A program made the position numbers and the translations under genes. This document shows positions 20,563-28,962 of a stretch of 30,349 bases of DNA, piece after piece. This DNA comes from Rubricoccaceae bacterium (lineage in GTDB: Bacteria; Bacteroidota; Rhodothermia; Rhodothermales; Rubricoccaceae), in NCBI GenBank assembly GCA_031425425.1, contig JANPJI010000734.1, positions 1-30,349 on the forward strand, written 5' to 3'. The notes under the pieces were generated by a model that searched no databases, had not been told where the DNA came from, and saw only the letters and a list, made by a program, of their open reading frames with translations. The first letter of the stretch is position 1. Every line of letters begins with the position of its first letter.

Positions 20563-21156
20563 ATGGCCGACCGCCTGCCCGGCCTCGGCGGGGCCCCCAT
20601 CCCGCCCGGCTCCGCGCTCGGCCTCGTCGAGACGTTCGGGCTCGTTGCCGCCATCGAGGCGGCGGACGCAATGCTGAAGGCGGCCGACGTCCGGCTCGTC
20701 CGCAAGCACCGCGTCGACCCGGGCATGATCTCGCACATCGTCGTCGGCGAGACGGCGGCCGTGCAGGCGGCCGTCGATGCGGGCGTAGCCGCGGCGCAGC
20801 GCGTGGGCAAGGTCTTCGGCTCGCTCGTGATCCCGCGCCCGGCCGACGACGTGTGGCAGAAGATGCTGGGCGTCCCGCTCGCGTCCGACACCGCTCCCGA
20901 CGCCTCGGGGGCGGACAGCCCGGCTCTGCTGCGGCTCGCCTCGTCGCCGGCTCCCCGCGCCGCGGCACCCCGCGCCGCGGCACCCCGCGCCGTGGACGCG
21001 TCGGCCCCGCCGGACCGCGACTACGACGCGATGACGGTCCGCGACCTCCGGGCGCTGGCCCGCGAGCGCGCGGACATCGCCCTCCAGGGCCGGGCCGTCG
21101 CCGCGGCCTCGAAAGACGACCTCGTCGCCGAGCTGCGCGCCGCGGACGCCCGATGA
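20563..21156 (+). CDS. BMC-H shell protein with low-complexity linker and C-terminal helical domain (PduK/EutK-like architecture)
   Basis: [35 protein letters not shown] and LVIPRP, followed by a (PRAAA)n linker and [16 protein letters not shown]...[10 protein letters not shown]. Confidence 0.9.
   Translation: MADRLPGLGGAPIPPGSALGLVETFGLVAAIEAADAMLKAADVRLVRKHRVDPGMISHIVVGETAAVQAAVDAGVAAAQRVGKVFGSLVIPRPADDVWQKMLGVPLASDTAPDASGADSPALLRLASSPAPRAAAPRAAAPRAVDASAPPDRDYDAMTVRDLRALARERADIALQGRAVAAASKDDLVAELRAADAR
20953..20992 (+). repeat. In-frame 15-bp tandem repeat (about 2.7 copies) encoding PRAAA
   Basis: CCCCGCGCCGCGGCA at 20953 and 20968, with a partial copy at 20983. Confidence 0.85.
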
Positions 21157-22139
21157 GCCCGTTCGCCACGGGCAGCGCCGCTTCCGGCGGTGCGGCCCCC
21201 GGGGCGCGGTCGCGGCCGAACCCGACCGCGATGGCGCTCTCGCTCGTCGTCGCCGTGGGCCTGTGGTTCTCGTTCAGCATGCGCGAGACGTACACGGTCG
21301 CCGTGCCGGTGACGCTCCGCGTGGCCGGCGTGCCGGAGGGGCAGGCCCTGAGCGCCCGCCCGCCCGCGACGGCGAGCGCGACGTTCCGCGGCGAGGGCTG
21401 GAAGCTGCTGCTCCTCTCCCGGTCGGCCCCCGTCGTCCCACTCTACGCCGACGCGGCGTCCGTCGACCTCGAACGCGCCGTCGCGGCGTCGGGCCTCCCG
21501 CCGGGCGTGGACGTCCAGAGCGTCCGCCCCCGGACGGCCCGGCTCGCGCTCGACCGCCAGGTCCGCCGCCGCGTCCCGATCCGGCTCGTCAGCGACATCC
21601 GGCCCGTGCCGTCGTTCGGGCTGCTCCGCCCGCCGCGCCTGCTGCCGGACTCGGTGACGGTGACGGGTGCCGCCCGCCTCGTCGCCGCGCTCGACGCGTG
21701 GCCGACCGAGCGCCTCGACGCCGCAGACGTCCGCGATCCGCTGACGATGACCGTCGCGCTCCGGGACACGCTGGCGGGCCTCGTCACAGTGTCCGCCCGC
21801 ACCACGACGGTCCAGATCCCCATCGCCGAGTTCACCGAGGGCGTCCGGACGCTCCGCGTCCGCGTCGTCAACGTCCCCCGCGGGATCGCCGGAGTTCGGA
21901 CCGAGCCTGCGCGCGTCCGCGCGACGTACCGGGTCCCGCTGACCGCGGACGACCTCTACGGGCAGGCCCAGACGGCAGCGGGCTTCGTCGCCGTGGTCGA
22001 CTACCGCGACATCGCCCGCGACACCACGTCGGGCACGGTCGCGGTCGCTGCGCGCGTCCCCGCCGGCCTCGACGTCCGCGACGTGGCGCTCGCGCCCTCG
22101 CGCGTCGAGTACTTCCTGGTCCGCCGCGCGGCCCCCTGA
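21153..22139 (+). CDS. YbbR/CdaR-like domain protein with N-terminal membrane anchor
   Basis: ATG 21153 overlaps the BMC stop (ATGA). A TM segment ([14 protein letters not shown]) is followed by beta-rich repeats: [41 protein letters not shown] and EFTEG. Confidence 0.75.
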   Translation: MSPFATGSAASGGAAPGARSRPNPTAMALSLVVAVGLWFSFSMRETYTVAVPVTLRVAGVPEGQALSARPPATASATFRGEGWKLLLLSRSAPVVPLYADAASVDLERAVAASGLPPGVDVQSVRPRTARLALDRQVRRRVPIRLVSDIRPVPSFGLLRPPRLLPDSVTVTGAARLVAALDAWPTERLDAADVRDPLTMTVALRDTLAGLVTVSARTTTVQIPIAEFTEGVRTLRVRVVNVPRGIAGVRTEPARVRATYRVPLTADDLYGQAQTAAGFVAVVDYRDIARDTTSGTVAVAARVPAGLDVRDVALAPSRVEYFLVRRAAP

Positions 22140-22164
22140 CTCCTCACCGCCGCCGCGACCTCGC

Positions 22165-23097
22165 ATGGGATTTCTGTTTCTCGCCGTGGCGTGCAGCCTC
22201 GGCATCGCGACCGTCTTCAAGCTCGCCGAGCGGCGGGACTTGGACCGGACGGCGCTGCTGGCCGTCAACTACGCCGCGGCGGCCGTGCTCGCGCTCGTCC
22301 TCCAGGGGGCCGACGTGGCCGCTCTCTCCGGCGTCGCACCGGGGGCGGTCGCGCTCGGGGTGCTGCAGGGCGTGCTGTTCATCGGCGGCTTCTGGCTGTT
22401 CTCGCTCGCGATCCGCAGGGCCGGGATCGGGCTCGCCGCGGGTGCGATGCGCCTCTCGGTCGTCGTCCCGGTCGTCGCGTCGTGGGCGATCTGGGCCGAG
22501 GTGCCGACGGTCGCGCAGGGCCTCGGGCTGGCCCTCGCCGGCGTCGCGTTCGTGCTCGTCGCCCGGCCGTCCGGTGCGCACGCGCCAGGCGGGACCGTCG
22601 CCGGTGAGATGCCCGCCGCGACGGCCGCGGCCGACGGCCTCCCGGGAAGCCCCACGCCGCGGCGCGCGGGCAACCTCGTGCTCCTGCTCGGGCTCCTCTT
22701 CGTCTCCGGCGGGCTCGTCGACGTGGTGATGAAGGCGTTCCAGAAGGGCTACGCCGCCACCGTCCCCACTCCGACGTTCCTGCTGGTCGTCTTCGCGGTC
22801 GCGTTTACGGTGGGCACGGCCGCCGTGGTCGCAACGGGCGTCCGGACCGGCCGCTGGCCCGGCGTGGCCGTCGTCGGCTGGGGCGTCGGGCTGGGGATCA
22901 TCAACTACGGCTCGGCCGAGTTCTTTCTGCGCGCGGTCGGCGCGCTTCCGGCCCCCGTCGCGTTCCCGTTGAACAGCGTCTCGATCGTTCTCGGCGCGGC
23001 CCTGCTCGGGCGCCTCGTGTGGGGCGAGACGCTCTCGCGGGCCAACCTGGCAGGGCTCGCGCTCGCCGCCGTCGCCGTCGCCCTGCTTGCCGGCTAA
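22165..23097 (+). CDS. EamA/DMT family transporter
   Basis: About ten TM helices in two repeats; LLAVNYA, RAGIGLA, INYGSAEFFLRAV, FPLNSVSIVLGA and WGETLSRAN. Confidence 0.88.
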   Translation: MGFLFLAVACSLGIATVFKLAERRDLDRTALLAVNYAAAAVLALVLQGADVAALSGVAPGAVALGVLQGVLFIGGFWLFSLAIRRAGIGLAAGAMRLSVVVPVVASWAIWAEVPTVAQGLGLALAGVAFVLVARPSGAHAPGGTVAGEMPAATAAADGLPGSPTPRRAGNLVLLLGLLFVSGGLVDVVMKAFQKGYAATVPTPTFLLVVFAVAFTVGTAAVVATGVRTGRWPGVAVVGWGVGLGIINYGSAEFFLRAVGALPAPVAFPLNSVSIVLGAALLGRLVWGETLSRANLAGLALAAVAVALLAG

Positions 23098-23119
23098 CCT
23101 CCGCCTGTCCCTCGGACCC

Positions 23120-23845
23120 GTGCCCGACTCGTCTCCCGCCCCTCCGCCCGCGGCACCCGCCCGCCGCTCGAATCCGCTCGGCGCGGTCGTCGGCTTTGTG
23201 CTGGCGGTCGCGCTCGTGCTGGCCGCCGTCGGCTCGTTCGTGTGGTCGCTGGTGCCGCGGATCACCGAAGAGACGGTTCAAACGGCCGTCTGGACGGCTA
23301 TCCAGCGCGAGGTGCCGGACGAGTTCCTCGTCGTCGGCACGCTCGACATGACGACGGTGACGCGTACCGACCGCGTGACGCGCCTCCTTCCCGGCCTCCT
23401 GGATCTGGAGACGGGCCGGACCACGACCCGGATGCGCGTTCCGGGCCGGGTGAGCTACGGGTTCAACCTTCGGGCGCTCCAGCCGCGGGACATCCGCTAC
23501 CTGCCCGAAGGAGTGGTCGTGGTGACGCTCCCGCCCCTGGCGGTCTCCTCGGTGGAGCCGGTCCTCGAAGACATTCAGGTCGAGATCGACCGCGACCGGT
23601 GGCAGTCTCTGATGCCCGGCTTCGACGAGGGGACGTTCCGGTCCGCCCTGGCGCCGGTCCGCCCCGCTCTCCGCGCGAGGGCCGAGGCGTACGTCGCCAG
23701 CAACGCGCAGCCGAAGCGCAACGCCGCTCGGGCCGTCGAGCGGATGATTGCGACGCCGCTCGCGGCGGCCGGCGTACGCGACGCTCGGTTCCGCTTCGTC
23801 GTCGCCCCCGGCGACACGCTGGAGGGCAGCCGCGGAGACCGGTAG
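23120..23845 (+). CDS. DUF4230-like membrane-anchored protein
   Basis: Single N-terminal TM, then RVPGRVSYGFNL and VVVTLPPLAVSS, which fit this family. Start placed at GTG 23120. Confidence 0.65.
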   Translation: MPDSSPAPPPAAPARRSNPLGAVVGFVLAVALVLAAVGSFVWSLVPRITEETVQTAVWTAIQREVPDEFLVVGTLDMTTVTRTDRVTRLLPGLLDLETGRTTTRMRVPGRVSYGFNLRALQPRDIRYLPEGVVVVTLPPLAVSSVEPVLEDIQVEIDRDRWQSLMPGFDEGTFRSALAPVRPALRARAEAYVASNAQPKRNAARAVERMIATPLAAAGVRDARFRFVVAPGDTLEGSRGDR

Positions 23846-24021
23846 GTGTAGAGCGCAGCGGTCTCATCCGCCGCTGCTGCGGAGACGGTGACTGGGGGTT
23901 CCGTTCTTCACCCCGGCTCCGCCGCCTGCCGGGGCGCGCTCGGTAGCTTTCGGGTTCGCCCTGCCCGCGGCCGTTCGGCCGCGCGCATACGTTCCATCCA
24001 CGTATCCCACAGGGTTTTCCC

Positions 24022-24405
24022 ATGGCAGATACCCCCGGGGCCACCGCGACAGCGGCCCCCATGTACGAGTTGATGTACATCATCAACCCGGTCCTCTCCG
24101 AGGAGCAGACCAAGGACATCGTCCAGCGCGTGACGGCCTACCTCTCGGACAACGGTGCCGACGTGGTGCAGGTCAGCGAGACCGGCAGCCAGCGCCTCGC
24201 CTACCCCATCGAGAAGAAGCGCAACGGCTACTACGTCATCGTCAACTTCCGCCTGAGCAACCCCGTCGCGCTGCCGAAGCTCGAGCGCGCGCTCCGGATC
24301 AACGACGACGTCATGCGCCACCTCGTGCTCCGCTACGACGCGAAGATGGAGCGCCACTACACCCAGCAGAAGGCCGACTCGGCGTCTGCCAAAGCCGCCG
24401 CCTAG
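24022..24405 (+). CDS. rpsF: 30S ribosomal protein S6
   Basis: [26 protein letters not shown] and [15 protein letters not shown]. An alternative start exists at ATG 24061. Confidence 0.95.
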   Translation: MADTPGATATAAPMYELMYIINPVLSEEQTKDIVQRVTAYLSDNGADVVQVSETGSQRLAYPIEKKRNGYYVIVNFRLSNPVALPKLERALRINDDVMRHLVLRYDAKMERHYTQQKADSASAKAAA

Positions 24406-24407
24406 CC

Positions 24408-24836
24408 ATGGAGACCAACGACACACGCGACGGAGACGCCGCGGAGGAGACCGGCTTCGGGGCCGGCACGCCCGCGCCGCAGAACGCCGCCGACCCGACG
24501 CAGGTCGAGCAGATCCAGAACGAGCCGCCGCCGCGCGCCGTGAGCCCCGAGATGGCGGCCACGCTCAAGGCCGCCTCGAACCCGGACGACCTCCAGCGCA
24601 TCGCCGCGCCGGGCGCGGACCACATCAAGCTCAAGGACCCCTTCAAGGCCGCGGGCATCGAGTACATCGACTACAAGGATGTCGACACGCTCAAGCGCTA
24701 CGTGAACGAGCAGGGCAAGATCCTGCCGGGCCGCATGTCCGGCGTCTCGGCCAAGTTCCAGCGCCAGCTCACGACGGCGATCAAGCGGGCCCGCCACGTG
24801 GCGCTGCTCCCGTACGTCGCCGACAACGTCAAGTAG
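24408..24836 (+). CDS. rpsR: 30S ribosomal protein S18 (Cys-free, zinc-independent type) with long N-terminal extension
   Basis: [27 protein letters not shown] and [20 protein letters not shown]; position between rpsF and rplI. Confidence 0.95.
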   Translation: METNDTRDGDAAEETGFGAGTPAPQNAADPTQVEQIQNEPPPRAVSPEMAATLKAASNPDDLQRIAAPGADHIKLKDPFKAAGIEYIDYKDVDTLKRYVNEQGKILPGRMSGVSAKFQRQLTTAIKRARHVALLPYVADNVK

Positions 24837-24882
24837 CCCGCGCGGGTGCCTCCACGGCACCCGGCGACTCTCCCGCACCCCC

Positions 24883-25407
24883 ATGAAGGTCATCCTCACA
24901 GAGGACCACGACACGCTCGGCGCCAAGGGCGACGCGGTCGAGGTCAAGAACGGCTACGGCCAGAACTTCCTCATCCCGCGCCGCCTCGCCGTGCCCGCCA
25001 CGACGAGCGCGCTCAAGCGCTACGCCGAGGAGACGCGCCAGGCCGCGCACAAGATCGAGGCCCAGCTCGCCAACCTCCAGACGCTCGCGTCGAAGCTCGA
25101 CGGCACCGCGGTCACCATCGCCACCCGCACGGGCGACGGCGGGCGCCTCTTCGGCACCATCACGACGCAGCAGGTCGCCGAGGCCCTCGCGGCAGCAGGC
25201 ACGGACGTTGACCGTCGCAAGATCTCGCTCGATGCCGACATCCGCGAGATCGGCGACTACCCCGCCACGGTCCGCTTCGGGGCGGACGCGACGGCGACCG
25301 TCACGGTCCACGTCGTGTCGGAGAGCGCCCCGGCGGCTCCGGCCGCCTCCTCGGACGAGGACCCGCTCGACGACGAGATCTCGGGCTACGAGGGCGACGA
25401 GGACTAG
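24883..25407 (+). CDS. rplI: 50S ribosomal protein L9 with acidic tail
   Basis: MKVILTED, VEVKNGYGQNFLIPR, GRLFGTIT, DRRKI and IREIGDY. Confidence 0.95.
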   Translation: MKVILTEDHDTLGAKGDAVEVKNGYGQNFLIPRRLAVPATTSALKRYAEETRQAAHKIEAQLANLQTLASKLDGTAVTIATRTGDGGRLFGTITTQQVAEALAAAGTDVDRRKISLDADIREIGDYPATVRFGADATATVTVHVVSESAPAAPAASSDEDPLDDEISGYEGDED

Positions 25408-25454
25408 GCACTCGCTGCCGCTCGTGCGCGAGCAGGCACTGGCGAGCAGCCAGC

Positions 25455-25487
25455 GGGGCACCTTCTTTCGGGAGGGTGCCCCGTTTG
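25455..25487 (+). terminator. Probable terminator after rplI
   Basis: GGGGCACCTTCT-TTCG-GGAGGGTGCCCC: a 12-bp stem including two G-U pairs, a UUCG loop and a short GTTT tail. Confidence 0.6.
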
Positions 25488-25560
25488 CATAGGTCTGGCC
25501 CGGCACGAGTCCGATCTTGCGGCCCGTTGACCTGCCCTATCCCTCTCTCACCGGGTTCTG

Positions 25561-26025
25561 ATGCGTCGTCTCCTCGCTCTCTCGCTTCTCGCCGCCGCGA
25601 CGGCTGCGCAAGCCCAGCCGCGCCCGGCCGAGGTCGTCACGTGGACGGTCCGGGCCGAGAGTGCCGCGCGCGGGGCCGAGGCGCGCGTCGTGTTCGAGGC
25701 GGCACTCGCGCCGGGGTGGAAGATGTACGCGCTCGACTCGGCCGTCGGCCGCCCGCTCACGGTGAGCCTGGACGCGCTCCCTTCCGGCATCACGGCCGGG
25801 GCACCGCGTCAGGGCACGCCGCAGCGCGCCCACGACGACGTGTTCGACGCCGAGGCGGCGACGTTCTCGGGCTCGGCGCGCATCGAGCAGCCGCTCCGCG
25901 TATCGCGCGGCACACGGCGCGGGCGCCACGCCGTGAGCGGGGCAGTCCGGTACGCCGTCTGCGACGCCGAGATCTGCCTGCCGCCGGCCGCGGCCCCGTT
26001 CCGCGTCGCGCTCGCCGTGCGGTAG
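25561..26025 (+). CDS. Stand-alone DsbD N-terminal (Ig-like) domain protein
   Basis: Signal peptide, LAPGWKMYA, DDVFD and VRYAVCDAEICLPP (Cx4C); no TM or thioredoxin domain. Confidence 0.78.
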   Translation: MRRLLALSLLAAATAAQAQPRPAEVVTWTVRAESAARGAEARVVFEAALAPGWKMYALDSAVGRPLTVSLDALPSGITAGAPRQGTPQRAHDDVFDAEAATFSGSARIEQPLRVSRGTRRGRHAVSGAVRYAVCDAEICLPPAAAPFRVALAVR

Positions 26026-26154
26026 AGCGGAGGACGGGAGCGGGCGAGCGCAACGCGGATGAGACAATCGGAGCGGGTGTTCCAGTTACTTCGCCCATCG
26101 GCTGAAGCGGCTGAGGACTGCGTCCATCTTCGGGCGTCCCCGTCTCCACCTCCG

Positions 26155-26640
26155 ATGCGCCTTCCACTGCTTGCCCTGTCTCTGCTGTGCCTCACCGGGT
26201 GCGACTCGGTCGGCTCCGATACCGTCGTGGTCGACGCCTCGTCGCAGCCCTGGCCGGCGATGCTCGACGCCGTCAACGCGGCGCGGGCGCAGGGGCAGAC
26301 GTGCGGGAACCAGGTCTACCCGCCTGCGCCACCGCTCGTCTGGAACGATCGCCTCACGGCCGCCGCTGAAGCCCACTCGGCGGACATGGCCCGCAACGAC
26401 TACTTCGACCACACCGGCCGCGACGGCAGCCAGCCCGGCGACCGCGTGACGCGCGCGGGCTACTCGTGGCGCATCGTCGGCGAGAACATCGCCCGGTACC
26501 AGTCCTCGGTCGGCGAGGTCGTCGATGCCTGGGTAGAGAGCCCGAGCCACTGCCGCAACCTGATGGACTCCCGCTACGCCGAACTGGGCGCGTCGGAGCG
26601 CGACACGTACTGGACGCAGGTCTTCGGCCTCGCGCGGTAG
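26155..26640 (+). CDS. CAP (SCP/CRISP) domain lipoprotein
   Basis: Lipobox LTGC, VNAARAQG.TCG, LVWNDRL..AAEAHS.DMA, FDHTG, GENIA and SPSHCRNLM. Start at ATG 26155. Confidence 0.9.
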   Translation: MRLPLLALSLLCLTGCDSVGSDTVVVDASSQPWPAMLDAVNAARAQGQTCGNQVYPPAPPLVWNDRLTAAAEAHSADMARNDYFDHTGRDGSQPGDRVTRAGYSWRIVGENIARYQSSVGEVVDAWVESPSHCRNLMDSRYAELGASERDTYWTQVFGLAR

Positions 26641-26655
26641 CCGCCCTCTAGCGGC

Positions 26656-27024
26656 CTACTCCGTCGGTGCGCCGGCCGCGGCGAGGTCCCGGAACCCGCC
26701 CGCGTTGACGACGCGCGTGAAGCCCATCTCCTCCAGCGTCCGCTGAGCCTCACCGCTCCGGCGGCCGGTCCGGCAGTACACGTACACAGGCCGCTCTCGG
26801 TCCACGGCCTCCATCTGCGCCGCGAAGTCGCCATTGACGTCGACGTTGCGGGCACCGACGACGTGTCCGCTCGCAAACTCGGCCGGCGTCCGCACGTCGA
26901 CCACGAGGGCGTCCGGCTCGCGGTCCAGGAACGCGGCCGCGGTGTCGCTCCCGCCCGAGCGGAGGAAGAAGAAGGCCCCGGCGATTGCGAGGACGAGGAC
27001 GGCGAGCAGGACGAGGCGGGTCAT
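26656..27024 (-). CDS. Rhodanese-like domain protein with N-terminal membrane anchor
   Basis: VVDVRTPAEFASGHVVGA and active-site loop YCRTGRRS. ATG 27024 overlaps the upstream stop. Confidence 0.9.
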   Translation of the reverse strand: MTRLVLLAVLVLAIAGAFFFLRSGGSDTAAAFLDREPDALVVDVRTPAEFASGHVVGARNVDVNGDFAAQMEAVDRERPVYVYCRTGRRSGEAQRTLEEMGFTRVVNAGGFRDLAAAGAPTE

Positions 27025-27779
27025 ATCCAGAGGGAGCGGGCGACGGCGACGGTCTGGCCGTCGCGGGTGACGTGGTGCGCCAACGTCCCGGCCTGCGCGT
27101 CGGGTCCGCACGCCGACGTGACGGCCTGCCCGACCGTCGCCTCGGAGTGGAACGCGGCGTCGAGCCCGACGAGGCGCGCCGCGGCGCGGACGGTCTCGGG
27201 GACGGCTTAGAGCGCCCACTCGGCGATCCGGGCGTGGTTGGCGTGCCCGACCCGGTCGAGGTCGGCATGGCGGACGGCGAACCGTTCGATCCGGGACGCC
27301 TCGGCTGGCGCGGCCGGTGCGGCTTCGCCGTGGAGCGTGAGGCCGCGCGGGACGTCCGGTGGGGGCAGGAACGCGTCCATCGCCGGCGGGAGCCGGACCG
27401 GCCGGCGTCGCCCGACATCCAGCAGGAACCACACGGACGTTGCGCGGACAAGCGCCTCGCCCCCCGCGTCCCGGAGCACGAAGTCGCGGTGCGCGCGGAG
27501 CCCGTCGCGGTCGCTCGGCCACGTGTCCACGGCGACGGCGTCGCGGAGGCGCGGCAGCGGGCCACAGACGACGAGGCGCAGGCGCTGGAGGACCCACGTC
27601 GCCGGCCCTGCGGGCAGGTCGAACACGTCGAGGTCGTGCGCGCGGGCCTGCTCGCCGGCCGCCTCCTGGAACAGGTTGAGCACGGCCAGGACGGACGCGC
27701 GCTCGTCCGGCCCGGCCTCGTAGGCACGGATGCGGAACGGCTCCGTCCAGACGGTCGCGTAGGGGGAAGCGAGGGGCAC
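27021..27779 (-). pseudogene. Acyl-ACP thioesterase (double hot-dog) interrupted by in-frame TAA at 27209-27207
   Basis: FRIRAYE, LNLFQEAA, WVL.RL, TWPS, ATSVWFLLD...RRP and ADLD.VGHANHA are upstream of the stop. The frame continues for 61 plausible codons after it and ends at TGA overlapping the rhodanese ATG. Confidence 0.8.
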
Positions 27780-27853
27780 GGAGGGAGGCGGTCGGGTGAG
27801 GGCGAGAGTACGCCCGCCCCGTGTGACCGTACGGAAGCGCTTTGCACACACCC

Positions 27854-27878
27854 GGAACCTGAGCCCGAGGCTTCGGTA
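27854..27878 (+). promoter_or_regulatory. Possible ECF-sigma promoter
   Basis: GGAAC-N16-GGTA, 40 nt upstream of the stress-type gene. Confidence 0.3.
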
Positions 27879-27918
27879 AGGATTGTCCCTTTCCAACTCG
27901 CCCTTTCGGGCTCCTCTC

Positions 27919-28455
27919 ATGGCCGATCGCCCTCTCATCACCGGTTCCTTCTCCGACCCGGACTCTGCCGACAAGACCTACTCGTCGTTCCGCGACCGCG
28001 GCTACACCGACGACGACATCCACGTCATGATGTCGGACGACACGAAAGAGAAGTACCACGCCCGGCCCGACGCCGAGATCGAGGAAGGCTCGAAGGCCCT
28101 CGAAGGCGCGGGTGCCGGCGCGGCCGTCGGCGGCTCCATCGGCGGCATCCTCGGGGCCATCGCGGCCGTCGGGACGGCCGTCGCACTGCCGGGCATCGGC
28201 CTCGTGGCCGGCCCGCTCGTCGGCGCACTCGCCGGCGCGGGCGCGGGCGGCGCGGCGGGCAGCCTCGTCGGCGCGCTCATGGGCGCGGGCATCCCCGAGG
28301 AGCACGCCAAGACGTACCAGGACGACGTCAAGAACGGCCACATCGTGATGGGCGTCCACCCCCGCGACGAGGACCAGGACTACTTCCAGGATCAGTACTC
28401 GCAGAACGGCGCGACGAACGTGTACAACAGCGGCGCGACGACGCGGCCGATGTAA
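27919..28455 (+). CDS. Glycine-zipper general stress protein-like membrane protein
   Basis: GSFSDPDSA...GYTDDDIHVMM, a long GAGAGAAVGG...GALAGAGAGGAAGSLVGAL zipper and GIPEEHAKTY..DVKNG.IVMGVH. Start at ATG 27919. Confidence 0.7.
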   Translation: MADRPLITGSFSDPDSADKTYSSFRDRGYTDDDIHVMMSDDTKEKYHARPDAEIEEGSKALEGAGAGAAVGGSIGGILGAIAAVGTAVALPGIGLVAGPLVGALAGAGAGGAAGSLVGALMGAGIPEEHAKTYQDDVKNGHIVMGVHPRDEDQDYFQDQYSQNGATNVYNSGATTRPM

Positions 28456-28481
28456 GCGCACGCCGCCTTTGGGCACACGCC

Positions 28482-28511
28482 GCGGGGCGGAGGTTTCGGC
28501 CTCCGCCCCGC
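28482..28511. terminator. Bidirectional terminator-like hairpin between convergent genes
   Basis: Perfect 12-bp stem GCGGGGCGGAGG / CCTCCGCCCCGC with loop TTTCGG. Confidence 0.7.
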
Positions 28512-28533
28512 TCGTCGTTTCAGGCCTCTCGCC

Positions 28534-28962
28534 TCAGACGAGGCGCGCCGTCAGGCGGATGTCGGCCGCCTTGAGCACTTTGGAGAGCGGGCAGTTCTCC
28601 TTCGCGTGCGCCGCGATCGTCTGAAACTCGGCGTCCTCCATGCCCGGCACGGACGCCTCGAAGTCCAGCTCAATCGTCGGGATCTCGAACCCGCCGCCGA
28701 CCTGCTCCACGTGGACCCGGGCGACGGTGTGGGCGCGCTCGGGCGGGTGGCCGGCGCTAGCGAGCTCGTTCGAGACAGCCATGGTGAAGCAGCCCGCGTG
28801 GGCCGCCGCGAGGAGCTCTTCCGGGTTCGTCTTGGTCTGGTCGGACCCGAAGCGGGAGTCGAACGAGTACGCGCTGTCGAGCGCGCCGCTCTCGGTGCGG
28901 ACGGTTCCGGAGCCGTCGCGGAGAGCGCCGCGCCACTCGGCGTCGGCTGTGCGGATGGGCAT
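28534..28962 (-). CDS. osmC: OsmC family peroxiredoxin
   Basis: RTADAEWRG, YSFDSRF, TNPEELLAAAHAGCFTMA and AKENCPLSK. Start at ATG 28962. Confidence 0.93.
   Translation of the reverse strand: MPIRTADAEWRGALRDGSGTVRTESGALDSAYSFDSRFGSDQTKTNPEELLAAAHAGCFTMAVSNELASAGHPPERAHTVARVHVEQVGGGFEIPTIELDFEASVPGMEDAEFQTIAAHAKENCPLSKVLKAADIRLTARLV

Noticed and set aside
26656-28476. 606-aa minus-strand ORF ending in a rhodanese domain
   Set aside because: Only the last 122 aa are rhodanese; the rest shadows the thioesterase and the stress gene.
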